Source: Methanobacteriota archaeon
GTDB lineage: Archaea; JAADCQ01; Methanopyri; Methanopyrales; Methanopyraceae
Assembly (NCBI GenBank): GCA_027064305.1
Contig: JAMOPY010000023.1
Span: 16,569 to 48,568, forward strand
Direction: 5' to 3'
Length of the DNA stretch: 32,000 nt
A model generated the notes under the pieces. It did not search any database and had not been told where the DNA came from. It saw nothing but the letters and a program-made list of their open reading frames with translations. Below, piece after piece: positions 16,363 to 24,940 of this stretch (position 1 is its first letter; each line of letters opens with the position of its first letter). The position numbers and the translations under genes are program-made.

Positions 16363-17897
16363 CCCTCCTCCCCCAGCTCCTCCTCGAGCTCCCTCAGCAC
16401 GTCCTCCTTGAACTTCAGCGCCGCCTCCCCGAACACCACGATCACCTCGCACCCCGACTCCAACGCCGCCCGCAGCCCGTCCAGCACCTGCTCCCGGGAG
16501 GCGCCCAGCGTCCCCCGCTTCTCGAACCGCTCCGCGGCGCTCTCCGCCGCCACCACGTTGTCCGCCCCCACCTCCTCGAGCACCCGGTAGCACGCGTGCG
16601 AGGCCGCGATCACCCGGTCCGCGATCCGGGCCGCCCGCTCCAGGATCTCACGATCCCCCTCCGGGCCCAGCTCCGAGGCCACCGCGATGACCGCGCACAG
16701 GCGCCGGTCCGGGTACGCCTGCCTCAGGCACCGCAGGGTCGCCTCCACGCCCGCCGGGTTGTGACCGTAGTCGACGATCACCACCCGCTCCCCATCGTCC
16801 CACACGACGTCGAGCCGACCCTCCACCCCCTCGAACGAGCCGAGGGCCCGCGCCACCTCCTCCGGGTCCAGGTCCAGGAACTCGATGCAGACGGCCGCGG
16901 CCGCCACGGCGTTGTACACGTTATGCAGCCCCATCACGGGCAGGCCAACCTCGAACTCACCCTCCGGGCAGGCCAGCGTGAACCCGTCCAGAGAGACGTC
17001 CACGGCCAGGTAGTCCGGGGACGGCGTCTCCAACCCGCACTCGCACCGGAAGTCGCCCACCCACGGAAGGATCTCCCTCACCTCCGCCCGCCCACCGCAC
17101 CAGCACTCCTTCTCCACGGTCCCCACGGGCTCCGCCTCCACCCCGAAGTAAACGACCTCCCCCTCGAACCCCACCTCCTCCGGCGCGCCCACCACCAGCG
17201 GATCCTGCGCGTTCAGCACGGCCACCTCCACCGAGTCCGGCTCGAGCAGCTCGATCTCGCACCGCGCGTACGTCCGGAAGTCCCCGGCCTTGTTCAGGTG
17301 ATCCGGCGTGATGTTCGTCAGGCACGCGCACTCCACCTCCGCCCACCTCGCCGCCTCCAGGATCTCCCCCCGCTCCCCGAACGTCGCGATCTCCAGCACG
17401 CTCACGTCACCCGGCAACCGCGCCTGCAGCGGGGGCAGGTACCCCACGTTCCCCTGCATCCCCGGCAGCCCGTGATCCCGCACCTCCAGCCCCAGCTCCC
17501 GGCACACGTGCCGTATCATCGCCACGGTCGTCGTCTTCCCGTTCGTACCCCCCACGCCCACCACCGGCCGGGTGGGGGGAATCCGCTCGAGCACGTCCTC
17601 CACCTCGTACACCCGGCACCCGTACCGACGGGCCAGCCGGTACGGAGGTGACCCCTCCTCCAGGCTGGGCGGCGGGACCACCGCGTCCGCCCGCCGAAAC
17701 AGCCACTCCGGGTGGCCCCCCAGCACGACCTCCACGTTCGGGTACTCCAGCAGCGGGTCCAGCAGCTCGCACTCCTCCTCGTCCTTCACGTCCGAGGCGA
17801 TCACGTGGTAGTCCCGCTCCGCGAGCACCCGGGCCACCAGGTTGCACACGGGCCCGCACACGCCGATCACCAGCACCGTGCGCCCCTGCACGCGCAT
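16359..17897 (-). CDS. Mur ligase family protein (MurC/MurD-like N-terminal fold) with CxC...CxC insert
   Basis: VVGVGGTNGKTTTVAMI, LTNITPDHLNKAGDF, LNAQDPLVV, VMGLHNVYNAVAAAAV, VDYGHNPAGVEATLR; insert CWCGGRAEVREILPWVGDFRCECG. Confidence 0.88.
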   Translation of the reverse strand: MRVQGRTVLVIGVCGPVCNLVARVLAERDYHVIASDVKDEEECELLDPLLEYPNVEVVLGGHPEWLFRRADAVVPPPSLEEGSPPYRLARRYGCRVYEVEDVLERIPPTRPVVGVGGTNGKTTTVAMIRHVCRELGLEVRDHGLPGMQGNVGYLPPLQARLPGDVSVLEIATFGERGEILEAARWAEVECACLTNITPDHLNKAGDFRTYARCEIELLEPDSVEVAVLNAQDPLVVGAPEEVGFEGEVVYFGVEAEPVGTVEKECWCGGRAEVREILPWVGDFRCECGLETPSPDYLAVDVSLDGFTLACPEGEFEVGLPVMGLHNVYNAVAAAAVCIEFLDLDPEEVARALGSFEGVEGRLDVVWDDGERVVIVDYGHNPAGVEATLRCLRQAYPDRRLCAVIAVASELGPEGDREILERAARIADRVIAASHACYRVLEEVGADNVVAAESAAERFEKRGTLGASREQVLDGLRAALESGCEVIVVFGEAALKFKEDVLRELEEELGEEG

Positions 17898-17902
17898 CCC
17901 CC

Positions 17903-18922
17903 TCAGACCCGCGTCCCCGGGATCCTCCGACCGTACTCCCGCAACAGTTCCCGCATCAACGCCCGCGTCCCCTCCAGGAGCCTCCGGGCCGTCCCCTCGT
18001 CCCGCTCCACGGCGAGCCGGGGCAGGTGCTCGTACCCTAAATCGTCGACCCGATCGTCGATCTCGGAGTACTCGTAAAGCACCGCGTGCAGCTGCGCGAA
18101 CCGCTCCGTCCGCACGATCCGGTTCAACGTCCCGCTCAGGTACGACCGCAGCGCCCGCTCCAGGAACATCAGCAGCCGGTACGTGAGGTCGCGCACGATC
18201 TCTTCCTCGTCCCTCGGACCCTCCGGCACCCCACCCTCGAACACCCGGTGCAGCTCCAATCCCAGCCGCTCCTCCACCTCTCCCGCGTCCCACTCCGGGG
18301 TCTCCGTCTCGATCAGGTACTCCAGGCACGCCCGCGGCGAGGCCACTCGCTCCACCATCAGCGAGCAGGCGCGGCCCGTGAGCGGGTTGTACCCGACCCG
18401 CTCGATGAACCGGTGCACCCCGTAGGGTCGGATGGGGCACGTGTACCCCTCGTCGAACCAGCCCAGGCCCGAGACGATCTCGCCCACGTCCTCCCACGTC
18501 CACCGGCGCAGCGCCGGGTACCGGACCATCGTCACCCCGGGCGGGTACGGGTGCGCCACCCGCCGCCCGTACTTCCCCTTCAGCTCGTGGCCCGTGAGGA
18601 CCGTGAGCAGCCCCAGTCGCTTGGCCCGCAGGCAGGCGGCGGTCAGCACCGTCCGGGCGCACTTGGTGCAGATGGGCAGGCCGCGGCGCAGGGCGCGGCG
18701 GAACCACCCCCGCAGGCGCACCCGAACGAGCTCGTGCCTCAGCCCCAGCCGCTCCGCGCACCGACGGGCGTTCTCCAGGCACGTCCCGTCCAGGAACTCG
18801 TGCACGACCGTGACCGCCGCCTCCACCCGCCAGCGCTCGGACGCGTGCAGGGCCGTGGCCACGCTGTCCCGACCGCCGGAGAGGGCCACGCACGCCGGGT
18901 TGCTGGGATCAGTCGTGCGCAT
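17903..18922 (-). CDS. PP-loop superfamily ATPase (adenine nucleotide alpha hydrolase-like)
   Basis: VALSGGRDSVATALHA PP-motif, CTKCARTVLTAACL; located between gltX and the Mur ligase. Confidence 0.8.
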   Translation of the reverse strand: MRTTDPSNPACVALSGGRDSVATALHASERWRVEAAVTVVHEFLDGTCLENARRCAERLGLRHELVRVRLRGWFRRALRRGLPICTKCARTVLTAACLRAKRLGLLTVLTGHELKGKYGRRVAHPYPPGVTMVRYPALRRWTWEDVGEIVSGLGWFDEGYTCPIRPYGVHRFIERVGYNPLTGRACSLMVERVASPRACLEYLIETETPEWDAGEVEERLGLELHRVFEGGVPEGPRDEEEIVRDLTYRLLMFLERALRSYLSGTLNRIVRTERFAQLHAVLYEYSEIDDRVDDLGYEHLPRLAVERDEGTARRLLEGTRALMRELLREYGRRIPGTRV

Positions 18923-20627
18923 ACACGGCCCTCACACCGCTCGGTCGACACTCCTCGATCCGGGCGAAGTACAGCCGCTCGAACTGCACGGTGCGTCCCG
19001 GCTCCTCCCGCTCCACGTTCGCCTCCACGTAGCCCTCGTCCACCGACCCGTCCGGCCGTAGCACCCGGCACGGGATCGCCTGGTCCGTCGGCACCCAGTG
19101 CACGATCCGGGCCCCCTCACGCCGCGCGGCCCGGTAGTCCTCCCCCTCGTACCGGCCCCGCACGACGCCCTCACCCACCTCCTCGACCCTCACGTTCACC
19201 GCGTTCATCAGCCGGATCAGCTCACCCTCCTCCAGCGCCTCCCCGTCCTCCCGATCCAGCCAGACCCGGCAGCCGCCGTCCTCCGGGTGCAGCACGAGCG
19301 CCCGCTCGCCCCGGTCCTCGTCCGGGTGCAGCGGCAGCGTGGCCGCGAACGGCTCCTCCAGGCCCTCGATCCACAGCTCCACCGGGTCCCGGACGAGGAA
19401 GTACCGGTTGGACTTCGGATCGATCAGGCGCCGGTTGCGCGCGTACAGCTGCTCCCAGCTGAAGGTCGCGTCCACCTCCGTCAGCCCGATCTCCAGGATC
19501 GTCTCCCGGAGCGCCTCGGGCTCGATCCCCCGCCGCCGCAGCGCGCGCAGCGTCGCCGTCCGCACGTCGTCCCAGCCCGTGAGCTCGCCGGACTCGATCC
19601 CCTCCCGGATCCTGGACGTGCTCAGCACGGTCCCCTCCACCTTCAGGATCCCGTAGTGCACGTACTCCGGCGGCTCCCAGTCCAGGTGCCGGAACACGAA
19701 CTCCTGCCGGCGCGTGTTCGACTCGTGATCCTTCCCGCGCAGGACGTGCGTGACCTCCATGAAGTGATCGTCCACGGCCACGGCGAAGTTCATTGTCGGC
19801 CAGACGAGGTACCGGTCGCCCACCATCGGGTGCTCCCGCTCCACGATCCGGAACGCGACCCACTCCCGCGCGGCCGGGTCCGGGTGGTCCACCCGCGTCT
19901 TCACCCGAACGACCGCCTCCCCCTCCGAGAACGCCCCGTCCAGCATCTCCTCCCACAGCTCCAGGTTCTCCTCCGGATCCCGGGACCGGCACGGGCAGGC
20001 CTGGCCCCGATCCCGCAGCCGCCGAAACTCGTCCGCGTCGCACGTGCAGACGTACGCCCCGCCCCGCTCCAGCAGCTCCTCCGCCACCCGGTAGTACAGC
20101 TCCATCCGGTTCGACTGCACGTACCGCTCGTCCACCCGCACGCCCAGCCACTCCAGGTCCTCCTCGATCATGTCGTACGCCTCCGGGTCCACCCGCCGCG
20201 GGTCCGTGTCCTCGAAGCGCAGGATCAGCGCGCCGTCGTACCGGCGGGCGTACTCGTCGTTGAGCACCGCCGCCCGCGCGTGACCCAGGTGCAGCGGGCC
20301 CGACGGGTTGGGGGCGAACCGCAGCCGAACCTCGCCCTCCCGGGCGCCGGGCAGCGGCTTCAGGCCGCCCTCCTCCTCCGACCGCTCCTCCTCCACCCCG
20401 CCCAGCTCCTCCAGCTCCCGCCGGATCTCCTCCAGGGACATCCGGTTGACCTCCTCGACCACCTCCCGGACGAGCCGGAGCACCTCCTTGGCCCGATCCC
20501 GGTACTCCTCGTGCTCCCGCATCACCTTCTTCATGACCGCGTTCGGGTTCGCCCGGCCGTCGTACTTGGCCGCGTTCTCCAGCGCGTACCGGCGGATCAC
20601 CTCCCTCAACTCCTCCAGCTCGCTCAC
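18909..20627 (-). CDS. gltX: Glutamyl-tRNA synthetase (archaeal)
   Basis: RFAPNPSGPLHLGHARAAVLNDEYA, RFEDTDPRRV, VLSTSRIREGIESGELTGWDD. GTG at 20627 with ggagggtg upstream. Confidence 0.95.
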   Translation of the reverse strand: MSELEELREVIRRYALENAAKYDGRANPNAVMKKVMREHEEYRDRAKEVLRLVREVVEEVNRMSLEEIRRELEELGGVEEERSEEEGGLKPLPGAREGEVRLRFAPNPSGPLHLGHARAAVLNDEYARRYDGALILRFEDTDPRRVDPEAYDMIEEDLEWLGVRVDERYVQSNRMELYYRVAEELLERGGAYVCTCDADEFRRLRDRGQACPCRSRDPEENLELWEEMLDGAFSEGEAVVRVKTRVDHPDPAAREWVAFRIVEREHPMVGDRYLVWPTMNFAVAVDDHFMEVTHVLRGKDHESNTRRQEFVFRHLDWEPPEYVHYGILKVEGTVLSTSRIREGIESGELTGWDDVRTATLRALRRRGIEPEALRETILEIGLTEVDATFSWEQLYARNRRLIDPKSNRYFLVRDPVELWIEGLEEPFAATLPLHPDEDRGERALVLHPEDGGCRVWLDREDGEALEEGELIRLMNAVNVRVEEVGEGVVRGRYEGEDYRAARREGARIVHWVPTDQAIPCRVLRPDGSVDEGYVEANVEREEPGRTVQFERLYFARIEECRPSGVRAVYAHD

Positions 20628-20681
20628 GGGCACCCTCCCCGTCGCCTCCCTCTCCGGACAAGCAGCGGTGATCGTGAGGGA

Positions 20682-20696
20682 CGGGGGTGTCCCCCG
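20682..20696. promoter_or_regulatory. Small hairpin CGGGGG-TGT-CCCCCG in gltX leader
   Basis: Perfect 6-bp inverted repeat with 3-nt loop. Confidence 0.4.
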
Positions 20697-20750
20697 CCCT
20701 CCGGTCCCGGGCTCATTGAACGGCGACGGCCGCCTCACCCGGGGGACCCA

Positions 20751-20787
20751 GACGGGGGTCATCCTTTTGGAGGATCTGACCCCCGTC
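20751..20787 (-). promoter_or_regulatory. Long hairpin in gltX 5' region
   Basis: GACGGGGGTCA (20751-20761) exactly complementary to TGACCCCCGTC (20777-20787), extended by TCCT/AGGA around a 5-nt loop. Confidence 0.55.
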
Positions 20788-20843
20788 CCGCCGCCCCGGG
20801 CGGGGTTTAAGTAGTTCCCCGGAGCCCGGCCCGCGGAGAAAGG

Positions 20844-20851
20844 TTTTTATA
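20844..20851 (+). promoter_or_regulatory. TATA box of tRNA-Lys
   Basis: TTTTTATA about 31-38 nt upstream of tRNA position 1. Confidence 0.65.
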
Positions 20852-20881
20852 CGACGCGGCGCCCCCGCGTGAACGGACGCC

Positions 20882-20959
20882 GGGCCGGCAGCTCAGTCTG
20901 GCTAGAGCGCGGGACTTTTAATCCCGTGGTCCCGGGTTCAAATCCCGGCCGGCCCACCA
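20882..20959 (+). tRNA. tRNA-Lys (UUU), CCA encoded, genomic C at position 8
   Basis: GGGCCGG|CA|GCTC-AGTCTGGCTA-GAGC|G|CGGGA-CTTTTAA-TCCCG|TGGTC|CCGGG-TTCAAAT-CCCGG|CCGGCCC|ACCA; all stems pair. Confidence 0.97.
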
Positions 20960-20967
20960 CCGGAAAT

Positions 20968-20986
20968 CGTTACGAAGTTCGTAACG
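20968..20986. terminator. Inverted repeat CGTTACGAA-G-TTCGTAACG downstream of tRNA-Lys
   Basis: Perfect 9-bp arms (7-bp practical stem plus loop). Confidence 0.4.
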
Positions 20987-20990
20987 TTCC

Positions 20991-21005
20991 GCCCCGAGAC
21001 GGGGC
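20991..21005. terminator. Hairpin GCCCCG-AGA-CGGGGC just beyond the argS 3' end
   Basis: Perfect 6-bp stem adjacent to the previous inverted repeat in a convergent tRNA/argS spacer. Confidence 0.35.
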
Positions 21006-21010
21006 GAGGC

Positions 21011-22789
21011 CTACATCCGCTCGAGCGCCGGGACGCCCAGGAGGTTCATGACGTTCTCCATCACGATGGTGAACGCCTCCACCAGTTTCAGTCGCGCCTT
21101 CCGCACCTCCTCGTCCTCCGCGTGCAGTACCGGCACCTCCTCGTAGAACGTGTGGAACGCCCGGGCGAGCTCGTAGGCGTACTCCGCCAGGATGTCCGGA
21201 CGCCGCTTCCGCACGCACTGGGCCACCTGCCGCGGGAACATGGACATCCGGAAGACCAGCTCGAACGAGTGATCGTCGTCCAGGTGAGCCGCGTCGAACC
21301 GCTGCACGTCCTCGTCCGCCCGCCGGAGGATCGACCGGGCGCGCGCGTAGGCGTACTGGATGAACGGACCGCCCCGCCGGAAGTCCAGCGCCTCGTCCCA
21401 GTCGAACTCGATCGGCTTGTTCGGGCTCACGCGGGCGATGGCGAACCGGACCGCCCCGATGGCCACGTTCTCCGCGATCTCCTCCCGCTCCTCCTCGTCC
21501 AGATCCTCCGCCACGCCCGCCTCCCGCATCTTCTCCAGCGCGCGCCGCTTGGCCTCGTCCAGGAACTCATCCAGGGTCACGTACCGACCCTTCCGCGTCG
21601 ACATCGAGCCCTCCGGCAGGTGAATGAACTCGTAGAAGATCACGTCCACGCGGTCCGGATCCGCGTCCAGCAGGTCGAGCGCCGCCTTCAGCTGCTGCAC
21701 GGCGAGCTTGTGATCCGCCCCGAGCACGTCGATAACGAACGCGGCCCGCCCGAGCTTCCACAGGTGGTACGCGATGTCCCGCGTCGTGTACAGGGTCGTC
21801 CCGTCGCTCCGCGTGAGCACGAGCTCCTTGTCGATCCCGTAGTCCTCCAGATCGAGGACCACGGCCCCGTCGTCGCGCTCCTCCGCCGCGCCCATCTCCA
21901 CGAGCTTCTCGACGATCTCGACCGCATCCTCCACGAACTCGCTCTCGTACACGAACCGGTCGTGGGCCACGCGGAGCCGCTCCAGGGTCTCGATGTGCCC
22001 CCTCAGGCACTCCTCCACCACGGTCTGAAACGCCTCCGCGATGCGCTCCGCCCGGGACTCCTCCTCCAGCAGATACCGCTCGTAGGAGCGCAGGAACCGC
22101 TCCACCACCTCCTCCAGCTCGGGATCCTCCTCGATCTCCCTCGCCGCCTCCGCGTACAGCTCGCCGAAGAACTCGTCCGGCTTCCTACCCTCCGGGACCT
22201 CCGGCCGCCCCTCCTTGATGTACTTCCACGCGAGCATCGCGATCTGCTTGCCCATGTCGTTCACGTAGTACTGGACCTCCACGTCGTAGTTCGTGAACAC
22301 CATGCACCGGGCCAGGATGTCCCCGATGATCGCGTTCCGGCCGTGGCCAATGTGCAGCGGGCCGTTCGGGTTCGCGCTCGTGTGCTCCAGGATCGCGGGC
22401 CGACCCATCCCCAGGTCCAGCGACCCGTACTCCTCCCCGTAGTAGAAGACGGACCGGAGGACGAGGGCGGCGTACTGAGGCCGGTTCAGCCGGATGTTGA
22501 TGTACCCGGGCCCCTCCACCCGGGCCTCGTCCACGAGCACGACCTCGTCCAGGTCGGACTCCTCCAGGATCGTCTCCGCGACCCGCCGGGGCTCCTCGCC
22601 CACCTCCTTCGCCAGCGAGAGGGCGACGGGCGTGGCCACGTCCGCGTCCTCCACCGGCGGCTCCGGATCCACCGGTACCTCCACGGGCTCGTCCACGTCG
22701 TACGCCGAGGAGACGGCGTCCCGGATCGAGGTCCGGATCGTCCGGACGAGGAGCGAGTACGGATCGTGCGGTGGCGCCTCCTCCGCCAA
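21011..22789 (-). CDS. argS: Arginyl-tRNA synthetase
   Basis: EHTSANPNGPLHIGHGRNAIIGD, YYVNDMGKQ, FIHLPEGSMSTRKGR, FIQYAYARARSILR. Confidence 0.96.
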   Translation of the reverse strand: MAEEAPPHDPYSLLVRTIRTSIRDAVSSAYDVDEPVEVPVDPEPPVEDADVATPVALSLAKEVGEEPRRVAETILEESDLDEVVLVDEARVEGPGYINIRLNRPQYAALVLRSVFYYGEEYGSLDLGMGRPAILEHTSANPNGPLHIGHGRNAIIGDILARCMVFTNYDVEVQYYVNDMGKQIAMLAWKYIKEGRPEVPEGRKPDEFFGELYAEAAREIEEDPELEEVVERFLRSYERYLLEEESRAERIAEAFQTVVEECLRGHIETLERLRVAHDRFVYESEFVEDAVEIVEKLVEMGAAEERDDGAVVLDLEDYGIDKELVLTRSDGTTLYTTRDIAYHLWKLGRAAFVIDVLGADHKLAVQQLKAALDLLDADPDRVDVIFYEFIHLPEGSMSTRKGRYVTLDEFLDEAKRRALEKMREAGVAEDLDEEEREEIAENVAIGAVRFAIARVSPNKPIEFDWDEALDFRRGGPFIQYAYARARSILRRADEDVQRFDAAHLDDDHSFELVFRMSMFPRQVAQCVRKRRPDILAEYAYELARAFHTFYEEVPVLHAEDEEVRKARLKLVEAFTIVMENVMNLLGVPALERM

Positions 22790-22804
22790 CGGGCACCGAC
22801 CCCG

Positions 22805-24040
22805 TTACCCCGGTCGGAACCTCAGCAGCGCACCCAGGCCGCCGAACGCCTGGTGGAACTGCGCGCCCTCCTCCGTCTCGGTTGAAATTATCTCCACCCG
22901 AGCCCCCGTCCGCTCCGCCAGCTCCAGGTAGTAGTCCACGAGCTCCTTCACGTCCTCCACCTCCAGCTCGGCCTCACCGCACTCCGGGCACTCCCCGGCC
23001 CGCTCCCTCGCCTCCTCCTTGCTCCGAACCGTGACCACCTCCTCGTGACCGCACTCCGGGCACCGGAGCACCGCCTTGTACCCCTCCAGCTCCTCCGAGA
23101 TCAGCAGCGTCTCCACGGCCCCCATCCGCAGCATCCTCTCCACCTCATCCTCCCCGTACGCCGCCAGATCCCCGTTGACCGCCTCCTCCATGAACCGCCG
23201 CACCAGCCGCTTCTCCCGGACCAGCTCCGCCTCCTTGAGCGCGTCCTCCGCCTTGTTCAGCGCCTCCCGGATCCCCGACTCGTCCGTGTTCCCCACATCC
23301 ACCACGGCGATGACCTTCTCCTTCAGGTCCTTGGGCAGGTAGTCCCCCTCCAGGAACTCCTCCTTCGTCGGGCCCGGACCGCCCACGATGATCCCCTTCA
23401 GGTTCTCCACCTCCTCGAAAACCTCCCGCGCGGCCTCACCCACCTCCTGGTAGAACTCGTGCGCCGCGTGCTCGATCAGCCGATCGAAGCGCCGCTGCGA
23501 CTGCCCGCCCGCCTTGTGCTTACCCGGCACATCCGACTTAAGCCGCTTCTTCACCTCAACCCGCTTACCCTTGACCAGCCCGATCGTCGCCTCCCGACGG
23601 TCCATGACCAGCACGCCGTACACATCCTTATCCTCGAGACACTCCTTCAGGGGCTCCAGGTAAAACCTGGAATCGCACCGGTAAATGAACCGATCCACCG
23701 GCTCGGGCGGCTCGATTAGCTCCGCCACCATCTTCTCCTTCGTGCCTTCTTTAACCGTACCGACCAACACCACCAACCCGTTCTCCGGGGTCTCACCCAC
23801 GGTCTTGAGCCTTTGAATAACCACCTCAATTGCGGACTGAACGTTCTTCCGCGTCCTCTTACTCTTGATATTACTCGCCTGAGAGTACTCCTCCCTCATC
23901 ATTGCGATCACATCGCTCAACCGCTTCTCCGGCGGAATGTATATCGTGATCAGCTCCGTACCCTCGCCCTCCAGGCTCTCCAACCGCTCTAGCATTCTTT
24001 TGAACTTGTACCGTTCCACGCTCTCGGAGGTCGCCTCCAA
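22805..24040 (-). CDS. prf1: Peptide chain release factor aRF1
   Basis: ASNIKSKRTRKNVQSAI (NIKS), KHKAGGQSQRRFDR (GGQ), CPECG...CPECG. TTG start. Confidence 0.95.
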   Translation of the reverse strand: MEATSESVERYKFKRMLERLESLEGEGTELITIYIPPEKRLSDVIAMMREEYSQASNIKSKRTRKNVQSAIEVVIQRLKTVGETPENGLVVLVGTVKEGTKEKMVAELIEPPEPVDRFIYRCDSRFYLEPLKECLEDKDVYGVLVMDRREATIGLVKGKRVEVKKRLKSDVPGKHKAGGQSQRRFDRLIEHAAHEFYQEVGEAAREVFEEVENLKGIIVGGPGPTKEEFLEGDYLPKDLKEKVIAVVDVGNTDESGIREALNKAEDALKEAELVREKRLVRRFMEEAVNGDLAAYGEDEVERMLRMGAVETLLISEELEGYKAVLRCPECGHEEVVTVRSKEEARERAGECPECGEAELEVEDVKELVDYYLELAERTGARVEIISTETEEGAQFHQAFGGLGALLRFRPG

Positions 24041-24057
24041 CCGGGCTCCCCCAGGGG

Positions 24058-24738
24058 GTGATCGGGCTGTACGCGGTCGTGGCGCTCGGCGGGTCCGTGC
24101 TCAACGTGCGGAACCCGGACCGGATCCGGGAGGCCGCGGACCTCATCTCCGAAGCGCTGGAATCCGGGCTGAAAACCTGCGTCGTCGTCGGTGGGGGCCC
24201 CGTCGCCCGTGAGTACATAAACGTAGCGCGAGACCTCGGGGCGCCCGAGACCGCCCTCGACGAGCTCGGCATCACGGTGACCCGACTGAACGCCGCCCTC
24301 CTCAACCTCGCGCTCGGCCGGCCCGGGACCGACGTCCCGGAAACCCCCTCGGAAGCCGCGGAAACGGTCCGCCGGGAGGGCGTGGCCGTCTGCGGGGGCA
24401 CGCACCCGGGCCACACCACCGACGCCGTCGGGGCCATGATCGCCGAGCTCCTGCAGGCCCCGCTCATCATCGTCACCAACGTGGACGGGATCTACGACCG
24501 GGACCCGAGCGAGCCGGGCGCCCGGAAGTTCCGGGAGATCAGCGCCCGCGAGCTCGAGCGGCTGGCCTTCGAGGCCGACCTGGAGGCCGGCGGCAGCTTC
24601 GTGGTCGATCCCGTCGCGACCAAGATCATCCGCCGCGGCCGCGTGACCACCCACGTCCTGTCCTGGGATGACTTCAAAAGCGCCGGGATCCGGGGGACCC
24701 TCCGGGGCCGGCACGACGGCACGATCGTCCGGGGGTGA
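24058..24738 (+). CDS. pyrH: UMP kinase (archaeal type)
   Basis: VVALGGSVLN, CVVVGGGPVAREYINVARDLGA, AVCGGTHPGHTTDAVGAMIAE, IIVTNVDGIYDRDPS. Confidence 0.92.
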   Translation: MIGLYAVVALGGSVLNVRNPDRIREAADLISEALESGLKTCVVVGGGPVAREYINVARDLGAPETALDELGITVTRLNAALLNLALGRPGTDVPETPSEAAETVRREGVAVCGGTHPGHTTDAVGAMIAELLQAPLIIVTNVDGIYDRDPSEPGARKFREISARELERLAFEADLEAGGSFVVDPVATKIIRRGRVTTHVLSWDDFKSAGIRGTLRGRHDGTIVRG

Positions 24739-24742
24739 CCGG

Positions 24743-24940
24743 GTGTCGGAGCGCGAGCGCGTCCCCCCGCACTCCCACTGCATCGTCTGCGGGGCCGCGA
24801 TCCCCGAGGGAGAACGCTTCTGCAGCGAGAGATGCCGGCGCGAGTACGAGCGCCGACGTCGGCGGGCCACCCTCACCCACTGGATCCTCGCGGGCGGCCT
24901 GATCGCCCTCGGCATCGTCCTCATGCTCCGCGGGGTCTAG
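24743..24940 (+). CDS. DUF2116-like small zinc-ribbon/transmembrane protein
   Basis: HSHCIVCGAAIPEGERFCSERCRREYERRRRRATL then a hydrophobic helix. Confidence 0.8.
   Translation: MSERERVPPHSHCIVCGAAIPEGERFCSERCRREYERRRRRATLTHWILAGGLIALGIVLMLRGV

Noticed and set aside
15040-16590. 516-aa plus-strand ORF opposite the ATP-grasp gene
   Set aside because: Same shadow-frame signature, no recognisable motifs.
19098-20810. 570-aa plus-strand ORF opposite gltX
   Set aside because: Antisense shadow; biased L/R/P/H composition.
21122-22885. 587-aa plus-strand ORF opposite argS
   Set aside because: Antisense shadow of a clear arginyl-tRNA synthetase.
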